A DNA stretch of 41,067 bases from an uncultured Coriobacteriia bacterium. GTDB lineage: Bacteria > Actinomycetota > Coriobacteriia > Coriobacteriales > QAMH01. The notes under the pieces were generated by a model. That model saw nothing but the letters and a program-made list of their open reading frames with translations. It ran no database searches and was not told the origin of the DNA. The stretch spans positions 1 through 41,067 of the forward strand of contig CATLBX010000003.1 of assembly GCA_949879855.1 (NCBI GenBank). Reading direction: 5' to 3'. Made by a program: the position numbers and the translations under genes. Positions 27,779 through 36,449 of the stretch are shown here, one piece after another. Numbering within the stretch: position 1 is the first letter of the stretch; every line of letters starts with the position of its first letter.

Positions 27779-29050
27779 GTGATTCGAAACGTCGATGGTG
27801 ATTCCGGCGCAAGCGAAGGTGCGCGGAGGTACCAGAATCCGGTGCTCGTGGGCATCGTCTTGCTCGTATCCGGAATATCGGTGGCGATGATCCAGTACAA
27901 GGTCCCCACCATCATGACGAATCTCATGGGCATCTTCTCGATGGATGCGGCGACGGCCTCGTGGCTCATGTCGATTTTCACGCTCGTGAGCATCTTCGTC
28001 GCGTTGCCCGCGGGTGCCCTTGCACAGCGTTTCGGAGCCAGGCGGATGCTCGTCGTCGCATGCGGCATCGCCATCCTCGGTTCGCTCGTCGGCCTTGTCT
28101 CCGAAACGAGCCCGATGCTCATCGTTTCGCGGGCGATCGAAGGCGCCGCGCTTACCATCCTCACGACATGCGGACCGATTATCGTCCAGCAGAACGTGAG
28201 TCCCGAGAAGGTCGGCACCTCGATGGGCATCTGGGGCATCTGGGGATGTCTCGGGTCCACCGTCGCGGCCGTTCTCACGCCGACCGTTTTCGGCATGTGG
28301 GGATTTGACGGTCTCTGGATCGCGTTTGCCGTGGTCAGCGGCGTTGCGGCTGTCCTCGTCCTGGTCTTTATCCGCAAACCCCCGTCCGCCCCTGCAGCGC
28401 CCGAGGGTCTGTCCCCCAATCGCCATGCGCCCCAGGGGTCTGTCCCCGCAATGTCAGATGGGGCAACGATTGTCGAGAAGCCGCGCTATCGCGACATGTT
28501 CTCCAGGGACATGTTCCTGTTCTTCGGGGCCTTCGTCGTCTACAACATCTGCATGCTCGCGATTCTGGCGTTCGTCCCCACGATTCTGCAGATGCAGGGC
28601 TTCGATCCGACGCTCTCGGGCATCATCAGCACGGCGCCCATGCTGCTCTCGATCATATCATCACCGCTCTTCGGAGTTGTCTCCGACAAGATCGGCCGCA
28701 ACAAGCCACTGCTGATCATCGCCATGCTCGTCATGGGCCCCTGCACGTTTTTGCTCTACACGCAGACTGGGCCGTTGCTCTGGGTGGGCGTCTTTGCGAT
28801 GGGGCTGCTCGGCATGGGCGGCATCGGTCAGTATCTCTCGGGATTCACGAAGCTGCTGCCGAGCCCCGACCTCGCGTCGGTGGGCATGGGAGTGCTTGTC
28901 ACGTTCCAAGGCGTCGGTCAGTTCCTCGGCACGTTTTTCGTGCAGATGCTCCTGGGGCCGCAGCTGACCGAATGGTGGTTTGCCGGCATGGTGCTCATGT
29001 TCCTCGGCTTCGTCGGCACGGCGCTCATCGCCCTGTGCAGGCTACGGTGA
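27779..29050 (+). CDS. MFS transporter
   Basis: I prefer the GTG at 27779, which lies 5 nt after AGGAGGA. The ATG at 27716 has no RBS and would translate through a repeat copy. The protein has 12 predicted hydrophobic segments and a central loop. The stop TGA 29048-29050 lies inside the GGTGACAA extension of the next repeat copy. Confidence 0.8.
   Translation: MIRNVDGDSGASEGARRYQNPVLVGIVLLVSGISVAMIQYKVPTIMTNLMGIFSMDAATASWLMSIFTLVSIFVALPAGALAQRFGARRMLVVACGIAILGSLVGLVSETSPMLIVSRAIEGAALTILTTCGPIIVQQNVSPEKVGTSMGIWGIWGCLGSTVAAVLTPTVFGMWGFDGLWIAFAVVSGVAAVLVLVFIRKPPSAPAAPEGLSPNRHAPQGSVPAMSDGATIVEKPRYRDMFSRDMFLFFGAFVVYNICMLAILAFVPTILQMQGFDPTLSGIISTAPMLLSIISSPLFGVVSDKIGRNKPLLIIAMLVMGPCTFLLYTQTGPLLWVGVFAMGLLGMGGIGQYLSGFTKLLPSPDLASVGMGVLVTFQGVGQFLGTFFVQMLLGPQLTEWWFAGMVLMFLGFVGTALIALCRLR
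28405..28447 (-). repeat. Two reverse-orientation mini-hairpin elements in frame within the MFS central loop
   Basis: GGGTCTGTCCCCC lies at 28405-28417 and GGGGTCTGTCCCC at 28435-28447. They encode ..PEGLSPNRHAPQGSVPAMS.. between the two six-helix halves. Confidence 0.85.
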
Positions 29051-29056
29051 CAACGA

Positions 29057-29190
29057 GGGGACAGACCCCTGGCTGGCCGGACTGACAATGAGGGGACAGA
29101 CCCTCAGTTGGTTAGGCTCCTAGTTAACGGCGCGTGATAAGAAGGGGACAGACCCCCGACTAAACGGACTGGCAATGAGGGGACAGACCC
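29057..29190 (+). repeat. Cluster of 4 forward mini-hairpin elements
   Basis: Cores are at 29057, 29092, 29144 and 29179, with the extensions ggtgacaacga-, actgacaatga-, cgtgataagaa- and actggcaatga-. Confidence 0.9.
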
Positions 29191-29436
29191 TCGGATCGCC
29201 CCCCGATTGCCTCGTTCGCATTTAGACGCTTCTCACCATCCTCTCACCTGCGCGTTTGTCGCACATATCACATGCGTCATACTTTTTATACGATGGTTTC
29301 GCCTTCCCTCAGACGATATATTGAAACCGCAAGTAGGGGGTTGTGTCGATGCATCATGCGCACTGTGCCTCCCGCGGTCGCGGGGAGTCGCAATGCCGTC
29401 GCGCTGGCCATGCCCTTTATCAAAACGCCACTCTCC

Positions 29437-29448
29437 GGGGGGGGGGGG
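29437..29448. repeat. G12 homopolymer tract upstream of the LuxR-type regulator
   Basis: There are 12 consecutive G, 48 nt before ATG 29497. The tract is immediately followed by the inverted repeat TGCACT-cgc-AGTGCA (29449-29463). Confidence 0.95.
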
Positions 29449-29496
29449 TGCACTCGCAGTGCATGCAGTGCGCTGTGCGAGTCAAGGGGGCGTGTC

Positions 29497-31017
29497 ATGG
29501 GGGAAGTAGTACCAGAGCGGGAAGCCGAACAAACCGCGGAGCGCAAGCCAATCGGCGGCAACGAGGCGGATTTCGAGGCCGTCCTCATCGACGGCATACT
29601 CGGCTTCAGCCTTTCTTTCGGCAACGCCATTCTATTGCTGGTCGGGGCGGTGACGCATGCCGGCTCCTTCTTCGACTCCGCGCTCATCACCGTTATCGCC
29701 GCTCTCGTATCCGCGGCCTTCTTCAAGATCGTCCAGCTCAAGACCGATGCAATCTCCCGGCGCCTTCCGCGCGTCGCCTTCGTATGCTGTCACGCGGCGT
29801 GCTTCCTCGTCGCCATCGTCGGCATGTGCCTGGGGCTCCAGTACCTCATCGCCGTAGCCGCGGCGCTTGGCCTGGCCGACACCCTCATCCTCTACGGGCG
29901 ATTTCTCGCGGCACTCGCCCGCAAGGCCCTCATGCTCGTCGTGGATGCGGCCTTTCTGTATCCCGGCATCATGCTGATGGTCATAGTCAACGTGCCGTGG
30001 CCCTATGACACCGTCATCCTCTCGGCCATGGTGCTCGTCACGATCGTCGTCGCCCTCCTCTTCATCCGGCGGAACTATGACTTCGGCGAACTCATCAGCG
30101 CCGCCGATTCGAAGGCGCGCAGCATCAAGGTCAAGGGCAATGTCCATACGCTCTTCCTCGTCGGCTTCATGATCAGCGCGTTCCTGCTCTTCAACTCGCT
30201 GCCGTTTACCATGGAAATATCGAACACCGCGCTTGGCCTGGCCTTCGCGCTTGCGGGCATCGGATCGCTGCTCATGCGCCAAATCAACGAACGCGGCACG
30301 AAGGACGCGCTGCGCAAGACCATGGGACTCGTCTCCCTCGTCCTGCTCCTGCCGCTCATGCTCGTTCCCGGCGAGATACAGCTCGTGTTGCTCGCGTGCT
30401 ATAGCTGTTACGTCGTCCTCGAGACGCTGACCATACTCGACGCGATTGTCGAAACCGTCCGCTTCAACCTCATCGCGGCCATGTGGCTCATCGGCAAGGA
30501 ATGCTCGGTATTCTTTGGCGGTATAGCTGCTGGCGGGGCGATATTCGCGCTGTTTCCCTGGATCACCCGCGTGCTTGGCCCCGAATACGCCATGCTCATC
30601 CTGTGCATCGTGGTGGCCGCATTTTGCGCGTGGCTGCAGATTAAGGTCAACTACCAGGTCTACCCCTACGAACCCATCATCGAGGAGGAGGTTGACGAGG
30701 AGGTGACCGCTCGCATCGAGCGCAACGGTCGCCGCAAGGACCTCTGGCACCAGAAGATCGATGCCGCCTGCGAGCAATACCGCCTGTCACCTCGCGAACG
30801 CGAGATATTGCCCATCCTGTTGAGGGGCCGCGACGCCAAGTACATCATGGACACCTTCTACATCTCGCAATCCACGGCCAAGACGCATATATACAACATC
30901 TACCGCAAGTTCGGCATCCATTCGCGCCAGGAGCTTCTCGACTTCGTCGAGGATATCGAGTTCATGGAGTTCGAGATGCCCGACGAAGCGGAGCACTCAG
31001 ACGATTCCGCGCAATAA
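29497..31017 (+). CDS. Membrane-spanning LuxR-family transcriptional regulator
   Basis: ATG 29497 follows AAGGGGG. About 10 hydrophobic helices are followed by the C-terminal LuxR/GerE HTH: LSPREREILPILLRGRDAKYIMDTFYISQSTAKTHIYNIYRKFGIHSRQELLDFV. Confidence 0.8.
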   Translation: MGEVVPEREAEQTAERKPIGGNEADFEAVLIDGILGFSLSFGNAILLLVGAVTHAGSFFDSALITVIAALVSAAFFKIVQLKTDAISRRLPRVAFVCCHAACFLVAIVGMCLGLQYLIAVAAALGLADTLILYGRFLAALARKALMLVVDAAFLYPGIMLMVIVNVPWPYDTVILSAMVLVTIVVALLFIRRNYDFGELISAADSKARSIKVKGNVHTLFLVGFMISAFLLFNSLPFTMEISNTALGLAFALAGIGSLLMRQINERGTKDALRKTMGLVSLVLLLPLMLVPGEIQLVLLACYSCYVVLETLTILDAIVETVRFNLIAAMWLIGKECSVFFGGIAAGGAIFALFPWITRVLGPEYAMLILCIVVAAFCAWLQIKVNYQVYPYEPIIEEEVDEEVTARIERNGRRKDLWHQKIDAACEQYRLSPREREILPILLRGRDAKYIMDTFYISQSTAKTHIYNIYRKFGIHSRQELLDFVEDIEFMEFEMPDEAEHSDDSAQ

Positions 31018-31035
31018 GGGGTCTGTCCCCTTATT
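31013..31035 (-). repeat. Reverse-orientation element extended to a perfect 9-bp hairpin overlapping the luxR stop codon
   Basis: The hairpin is AATAAGGGG-TCTGT-CCCCTTATT, and the TAA stop is at 31015-31017. It may act as a terminator or RNA-stabilising hairpin, although no clear U-run follows. Confidence 0.6.
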
Positions 31036-31058
31036 CCCTCCTTCGCATTTCCCCCGGT

Positions 31059-31267
31059 TGACAATCGGGGGACAGACCCTCACGCGTCATCTCTTCGCAT
31101 CATGCTGACAGCCGAGGGACAGACCCCGTCATGCCGTCCCTCGCATCCCGGTTGACAATCGGGGGACAGACCCCCACGCGTCATCTCTTCGCATCATGCT
31201 GACAATCGGGGGACAGACCCCGTCGTGTCGTCCCTCGCATCCCGGTTGACAATCGGGGGACAGACCC
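31059..31267 (+). repeat. Higher-order tandem repeat (about 94-nt unit, about 2.3 copies), each unit containing two mini-hairpin elements
   Basis: Cores are at 31067, 31116, 31161, 31208 and 31255. The unit is ccggTTGACAATCGGGGGACAGACCCyCACGCGTCATCTCTTCGCATCATGCTGACAryCGrGGGACAGACCCCGTCrTGyCGTCCCTCGCATC. Confidence 0.9.
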
Positions 31268-31618
31268 TCGCCCGTCATCGATCCTCCCATCGTCCCCCTC
31301 GCCGCCAGCCTTCGCGTTTCGGGATGAGCGCGACGACCAGAGGGGCTGAACGCGCCCCGACGCTTCCAAAACGGCTGCCCGCGAGCCCTCATACCTGAAG
31401 TTCCATGCTCTGAGCAGGGCATTCGAAACCCACTCACAAAATTTCCACATTTGCGGCCAATTCTCGACTCCGAATAATCCCCGGACAATGAAACCCAAGG
31501 ACACGTGCGCTCGCGCGCATGCGCCCCATCCCCGGGTTGTGCGGTCCGGGGCCGCCGGCGCTCTGGAGAGGACGCCGGTTGGGGAGGGAATGTGATATTC
31601 GATGAAAGAGGAGGAGTT

Positions 31619-32857
31619 ATGTCTGATAAAGCACTGGACAAGTCCAAGTGTATAGACGGAAGCTACGGCTGGGTAGTCGTGCTGTTCACCATGTTGGTCG
31701 GCTTCGTGCCCGGCTCCAACATGGCGAAGGCGATTTCGCTCGCGCCAATCGTCTGCATGAACTTCCAGATCAACGAGGCCACGTTCGGCCTGATCGTCGC
31801 GTCTTTCTACATTATGGGCTTCATCATGGCGTTCCCCACCACGGGCCTCGTCAACAAGCTCGGCATGAAGGGTTCCGTCGCTATTGCCGTCGGCTGCGGC
31901 ATCATTGGCTCCATCATGGGTGCCATGGCCGGCACGAACCTCACGGTCTTCGTCATCAGCCGCGTCGTCGAGGGTGCATCCTTCGGCATCATGGGCGTCG
32001 TGGGCGCATCGTCCATCGGCCCCTGGTTCTCGCCCAAGAAGCGCTCGCTCCCGCTGTCCATCTGGTCCATGTGGGTCGCCGTCTGCATGTGCGTCTGCCC
32101 GATTCTCTTTGGCTGGCTCAACGAGTCCATGGGCGTTGACATGGCGGGCATCTGGTGGGGCACCGCCGTGTACGACCTCGTCGTCGGCATCCTGTTCATC
32201 CTGTTCTACCGTCGTCCGGCCGACCTCGACGCCGTCGAGAACGCCGAGGATCCCACCGGCACCAAGAAGGCGAGCATCTCGCGCGCCCTCAAGAGCCCGA
32301 TGCTCTGGGCACTCGCCCTCATCTTCCTGTTCGACGAGGCCGCCTTCATGGCCATCAACGGCTTCATCGTCCAGTACCTCACCACGCAGCTTGATGCGTC
32401 GCTCGTCCTGGCAAACGCCATCTTCTCGCTGTTCGGCCTCATGGGCGCTCTGACGCCGCCCATCTCCGGTTGGATCACGCAGAAGTGGAACAACCACCGC
32501 TGGGTGCTGCTCGTCGGCCTCTTCATAGCGGTCATCTACACGGCCCTGGTCTTCCAGCTGCAAGACCCGATGCTGTACTACCCGCTGTCCATCCTCGCCG
32601 GCATCGTCGGCGGCGCGGTCCCGTCCATCATCTGGCAGTTCACGCCCAACACCGTCGAGGACGCCGACATTCCGGCGGCCAACGCCTTCATGGCGTTCAC
32701 CCAGAACATCGGCATGACGATCGGTGCCCTCATCATCGGCAACGCCATCGTCATGTGGGGTTGGGGCATGGGTTCGCTCATCGGCATGGTGCCGTTGTAC
32801 ATCATCTGCCTCATCATCTACTTCGCCTTCGGCGTTCAGAAGAAGCTCAAGCTCTAG
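31619..32857 (+). CDS. MFS transporter
   Basis: ATG 31619 follows GAGGAGGAG. The 412-aa protein has about 12 hydrophobic helices. The longer ORF start at 31505 lacks an RBS and is Arg/Gly-rich. Confidence 0.8.
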   Translation: MSDKALDKSKCIDGSYGWVVVLFTMLVGFVPGSNMAKAISLAPIVCMNFQINEATFGLIVASFYIMGFIMAFPTTGLVNKLGMKGSVAIAVGCGIIGSIMGAMAGTNLTVFVISRVVEGASFGIMGVVGASSIGPWFSPKKRSLPLSIWSMWVAVCMCVCPILFGWLNESMGVDMAGIWWGTAVYDLVVGILFILFYRRPADLDAVENAEDPTGTKKASISRALKSPMLWALALIFLFDEAAFMAINGFIVQYLTTQLDASLVLANAIFSLFGLMGALTPPISGWITQKWNNHRWVLLVGLFIAVIYTALVFQLQDPMLYYPLSILAGIVGGAVPSIIWQFTPNTVEDADIPAANAFMAFTQNIGMTIGALIIGNAIVMWGWGMGSLIGMVPLYIICLIIYFAFGVQKKLKL

Positions 32858-32872
32858 CCGCTTCGCGCACGA

Positions 32873-32920
32873 AGGATGCGTCGTCTTTCATGGCGGCGCA
32901 TCCTCGCGCGCGTTCTTTTG
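32873..32920 (+). terminator. Candidate rho-independent terminator after the MFS gene
   Basis: The stem AGGATGCG (32873-32880) pairs with CGCATCCT (32897-32904) and can be extended inward with G-U pairs. It is followed by gcgcgcgTTCTTTT. Confidence 0.5.
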
Positions 32921-33237
32921 CCCTTTGCGCGACGTGAACGGGGACTTGAAAACCGTCGTGTAAATCCCAAGGTCACAGGCACTTTTTCCTGTGCCGTCAG
33001 ACGCGAGGTACGAGGGTATTTTGCGAGGGGTCCACGATTTCCGCACCTGTGTACGATTCTCAACTCGCGCACCTGAGCCCTAGTTTGTACGTGCCGCAAT
33101 CCCTCGGCGGCACCGAAATGTCTCGAGTTCGTATTCCTCGAGTTGACATGAGCATTCGGCTCAAAGGGACGTCTTCCTCGCACAACGGCATGTCGCCGTG
33201 GAAGAACGCCCCGGCTCTTTTGAAAGGAGAGGCGCGT

Positions 33238-33450
33238 ATGTGTTTCAGACCCGCAAGTTTCGAGTCCGAAGGTGACAACCCCTATTTCGTTCCCGGCGAA
33301 GAAGATGCTGGCGTACCTGGCGCTCCCGGAGCACCGGGCGCACCTGGAGCCCCTGGCGCTCCCGGCGCACCTGTAGCCCCCGGCGCACCTGCCGCACCGG
33401 GCGCACCTGCTGCTCCCGGCGCCCCGTCCGCACCGGGCCAGCCGTCCTAA
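33238..33450 (+). CDS. Candidate 70-aa micro-protein with a collagen-like (G/x)AP triplet repeat
   Basis: ATG 33238 lies 5-6 nt after AAAGGAGAGG. The sequence is MCFRPASFESEGDNPYFVPGEEDAGVP(GAP)6 VAP GAP AAP GAP AAP GAP SAP GQPS. The identical aa triplets use varied synonymous codons. The gene lies 108 nt upstream of the molybdoenzyme gene. Confidence 0.45.
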   Translation: MCFRPASFESEGDNPYFVPGEEDAGVPGAPGAPGAPGAPGAPGAPVAPGAPAAPGAPAAPGAPSAPGQPS

Positions 33451-33558
33451 AGCCAGGGCAAGGTGCCGGTTCGCGCCGGCGGGAGTGTCCTTGCCAGACG
33501 ACTGGATCACGAACGCAAAGTGCAATGCAGGTTGAGAGAGAAGAGGAAAGGAAAGAGC

Positions 33559-35898
33559 ATGAAGATTTTCAAAGGTCAGGGCACTGCCGATCTTGGCAAG
33601 CCATGGCGCTTCGAAGAAGACGGCCTCACCGTCACCCGTGGCTGCGCATGGTCTCCCCCGGGATGCCACCCCACCGGATGCGGCATCAAGACCTATGTGA
33701 ATTCCAACGGCGAGCTCGTGCGCGTCGAAGGTGACGAGAACCATCCCATCACCAACGGCCGCCTCTGCGTCCGCTGCCTGACCATCCGCGATTACGTCTA
33801 TAACCCCGACCGTGTGCTCTACCCCATGAAGCGCGCCCGCGAGGACCGTGGCAAGAACAAGTGGGAGCGCATCACCTGGGACGAGGCCTACGACACCATC
33901 GCCGAGAAGGTCAAGTACTTCAAGGACAAGTACGGTGCCGAGTCCATCCTGGTCATGGGTGGCACCGGCCGCGAGGGTGGCCCCATGCTTCCGGCCTACG
34001 CCCATGCATGCCTGGGTACTCCCAACGCCTGCTACACGCAGTCCGGCTACTCCTGCTACATCCCGCGCGTCGCGGGTACCACCTACGTCATGGGCGCCAC
34101 CTATCCCGAGATGGACTACGCGGGCGGCCTACCCGGACGCTATGACGACCCGATGTTCAAGCTTCCCGAGCTCATCGTCTTCTGGGGCAAGGAGCCCCTG
34201 CCGTCCAATGGCGACGGTCTGTTCGGCCACGCTGCCATCGACATGATGCGCCGCGGCTCCAAGCTCATGTCCATCGACCCGCGCGTCAACTGGGTATCGA
34301 CCCGCGCCGACTGGCATCTGCGCCTGCGTCCCGGCACCGACGCCGCCCTCGGCATGGCCATGCTCAACGTGATCATCGAGGAGGACCTCTACGACCACGA
34401 CTTCGTGGACAAGTGGTGCTACGGCTTCGACCAGCTCGCCGAGCGCGTCAAGACCATGCCCGCCGAGAAGGCCGCCGAGATCTGCGGTCTCGACGCCGGT
34501 GAGATCCGCGAGGCCGCCCGCGTCTACGCCGCGGCCAAGCCCGCCCAGATCGCCTGGGGTCTGGCCATCGACCAGAAGTCCAACGGCGTCCAGGCCGGTC
34601 ACTGCATCATGGCCCTCGAGGCCATCACGGGCAACATCGACGTGCCTGGCGGCCAGCTCATCGGTGACGTCAACGACGGTCTCGAGCTCGGCTTCGGCTG
34701 GAACAACCTCGGCCCGGAGCTCCAGAGCAAGATCCTCGGCATCAAGGAGTACCCGGCCTACGTCGGCCTCGTCCTCAACGCGCAGTGCGACATGGTGCTC
34801 GACGCGCTCGAGGCGGGCGACGACGCCAAGTACTACCCGTTCAAGATGGGCGTCTTCGAGGACACGAACTTCCTGGCCGGCACCTGCGCCGCCCAGCCCA
34901 AGCGCTGGCATGACGCCATGGTCAAGAACCTCGAGTGGTGCTTCGGTATCGACGTGTGGATGACCCCGACGATTCAGGCCACCTGCGAGATCTTCCTCCC
35001 GCTGTCCTCGACCGTCGAGCATGACACCGTCGTGTACACGCACTATGGTGCCTCGCCGATCATGGCCGGTGCCGTCAACAAGTCCATCACCGTGGGCGAT
35101 TGCAAGGGCGACTGCGAGATCTTCTACGAGCTCGGCCTGCGCTGCATGCCCATCAACTTCGAGAAGTACAAGGACTACTACGACTTCCTGGCCGACTATC
35201 GCCTCGCCTACAAGAGGACCTTCGAGGAGCTACGCGAGGAGGTCGTGCACCAGAAGACCGAGATGTGCGGTTACTACAAGTACGAGTCCGGCCGCCTGCG
35301 TCCCGACGGCATGCCCGGCTTCAACACGCCCACCGGCCGCGTCGAGCTCTACTCGACGATGTTCCGCCAGTTCGGCGAGGATCCGCTGCCGTACTACGAG
35401 GAGCCGCAGTTCTCGCCGGTCTCCACACCCGACAAGATGGAGGAGTATCCCTTCGTCCTCACCACGGGTGCCCGCACCTACTGCTACTTCCATTCCGAGG
35501 GCAAGCAGATTCCGTACCTGCGCGAGATGAACCCCGATCCGCTGATCGAGATCAATCCCGAGGACGCCCTCAAGCACGGCATCGCCGACGGCCAGTGGGT
35601 CGAGGTCGCGAGCCCGTTTGGCAAGTGTGTCCTCAAGGCCAAGGTCTCCCAGATCGTGAAGCCGGGCGTCGTGCACGCGCAGCACGGCTTCTGGTTCCCC
35701 GAGAAGGATCCCGAGGAGCCCAGCCTGTACGAGGTGTGGCGTTCCAACATCAACGAGCGTATCCCGCACTTCATGGTGGGCAAGCTCGGATTCGGCGCGC
35801 CGTTCAAGTGCCTCATCTGCAGCGTGAAGCCGGTGTCGGAGAACTACGACACCGACATGATGGAGGTTTGGGACCACTTCGGAAAGTTGGTGATCTAG
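33559..35898 (+). CDS. Molybdopterin (bis-MGD) oxidoreductase catalytic subunit, acetylene-hydratase-like clade, no signal peptide
   Basis: ATG 33559 follows GAGGAAAGGAAAGAG. The N-terminal 4-Cys FS0 motif is C-x6-C-x4-C-x28-C (GCAWSPPGCHPTGCG...GRLCVRC). MGD-binding blocks are present: GGTGREGG, IDPRVNW and LRPGTDAAL. A C-terminal molydop-binding block reads PFVLTTGAR..YFHSE. There is no RR twin-arginine motif. Confidence 0.85.
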   Translation: MKIFKGQGTADLGKPWRFEEDGLTVTRGCAWSPPGCHPTGCGIKTYVNSNGELVRVEGDENHPITNGRLCVRCLTIRDYVYNPDRVLYPMKRAREDRGKNKWERITWDEAYDTIAEKVKYFKDKYGAESILVMGGTGREGGPMLPAYAHACLGTPNACYTQSGYSCYIPRVAGTTYVMGATYPEMDYAGGLPGRYDDPMFKLPELIVFWGKEPLPSNGDGLFGHAAIDMMRRGSKLMSIDPRVNWVSTRADWHLRLRPGTDAALGMAMLNVIIEEDLYDHDFVDKWCYGFDQLAERVKTMPAEKAAEICGLDAGEIREAARVYAAAKPAQIAWGLAIDQKSNGVQAGHCIMALEAITGNIDVPGGQLIGDVNDGLELGFGWNNLGPELQSKILGIKEYPAYVGLVLNAQCDMVLDALEAGDDAKYYPFKMGVFEDTNFLAGTCAAQPKRWHDAMVKNLEWCFGIDVWMTPTIQATCEIFLPLSSTVEHDTVVYTHYGASPIMAGAVNKSITVGDCKGDCEIFYELGLRCMPINFEKYKDYYDFLADYRLAYKRTFEELREEVVHQKTEMCGYYKYESGRLRPDGMPGFNTPTGRVELYSTMFRQFGEDPLPYYEEPQFSPVSTPDKMEEYPFVLTTGARTYCYFHSEGKQIPYLREMNPDPLIEINPEDALKHGIADGQWVEVASPFGKCVLKAKVSQIVKPGVVHAQHGFWFPEKDPEEPSLYEVWRSNINERIPHFMVGKLGFGAPFKCLICSVKPVSENYDTDMMEVWDHFGKLVI

Positions 35899-36246
35899 AT
35901 GACGGCCTACGGTCTGCTTATCGATTACGAGTTCTGCACGGGCTGCCAGTCTTGCGAGGTCGCGTGCAAGGAGATTCACAACATCCCCGTGGGGCAGTGG
36001 GGCATCCGCGTGCTTGACGATGGTCCCTGGGAGTGCTCGGACGGCAAGTTCAACTGGAACAAGATTCCGACCCCGACGCGCCTGTGCGACCTGTGCGTCG
36101 AGCGCACGGACAAGGGCCAGCAGCCCTTCTGCGTGCATCACTGCCTGGCCGGCGTCATGCAGTGGGGCACGGTCGAGGACCTTGCCAAGGAGCTCGAGGA
36201 GAAGCCCAACCAGGTGCTTTTCGTGCCCAAGCCCTACCAGTACTAG
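35899..36246 (+). CDS. 4Fe-4S ferredoxin-type small subunit
   Basis: The ATG abuts the upstream stop (TAGATG). The protein carries CTGCQSCEVAC plus CDLC...CVHHC cysteine clusters. It is 115 aa long. Confidence 0.8.
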   Translation: MTAYGLLIDYEFCTGCQSCEVACKEIHNIPVGQWGIRVLDDGPWECSDGKFNWNKIPTPTRLCDLCVERTDKGQQPFCVHHCLAGVMQWGTVEDLAKELEEKPNQVLFVPKPYQY

Positions 36247-36287
36247 CGGGAAGACGGCGTCTCGACCGAGGCGCGCGGGTGACAGGC

Positions 36288-36412
36288 GGGGGACAGACCC
36301 TCACGCATCACGAACGACGCGGTTGGCAAGAAGGGGACAGACCCTTTCACGAGAAAGCGGGGGACAGACCCCTTCGCGCCAACCGCAGGTGAGAAAGAGG
36401 GGACAGACCCCC
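36288..36412 (+). repeat. Cluster of 4 forward mini-hairpin elements
   Basis: Cores are at 36288, 36333, 36359 and 36399. Confidence 0.9.
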
Positions 36413-36449
36413 GCGCGTCATCCGCGAAGCGAGCGAGGATGGAATTTCG

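Noticed and set aside
31058-31090. The TTGACA within gTTGACAatcGGGGG as a -35 promoter hexamer carried by the element.
   Set aside because: Counting 17 nt downstream lands on CACGCG or equivalent GC-rich sequence, with no -10-like hexamer. Most copies have GTGACA or GTGAAA rather than TTGACA.
33245-33433. A minus-strand 62-aa ORF (MRTGRREQQVRP...) overlapping the collagen-like micro-ORF.
   Set aside because: It is the antisense reading of the GCN/CCN triplet repeat. It has no RBS, whereas the plus-strand ORF has a strong SD and a non-repetitive N-terminus.
33559-33660. A Tat (twin-arginine) signal on the molybdoenzymes, checked also at 37661-37760.
   Set aside because: The N-termini from the RBS-supported starts (MKIFKGQGTADLGKPW.. 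and MELSDYKPAPVVKLDSL..) have no S/T-RR-x-F-L-K motif or hydrophobic h-region. The upstream in-frame extensions (33463 and 37589) lack an RBS and do not look like signal peptides.
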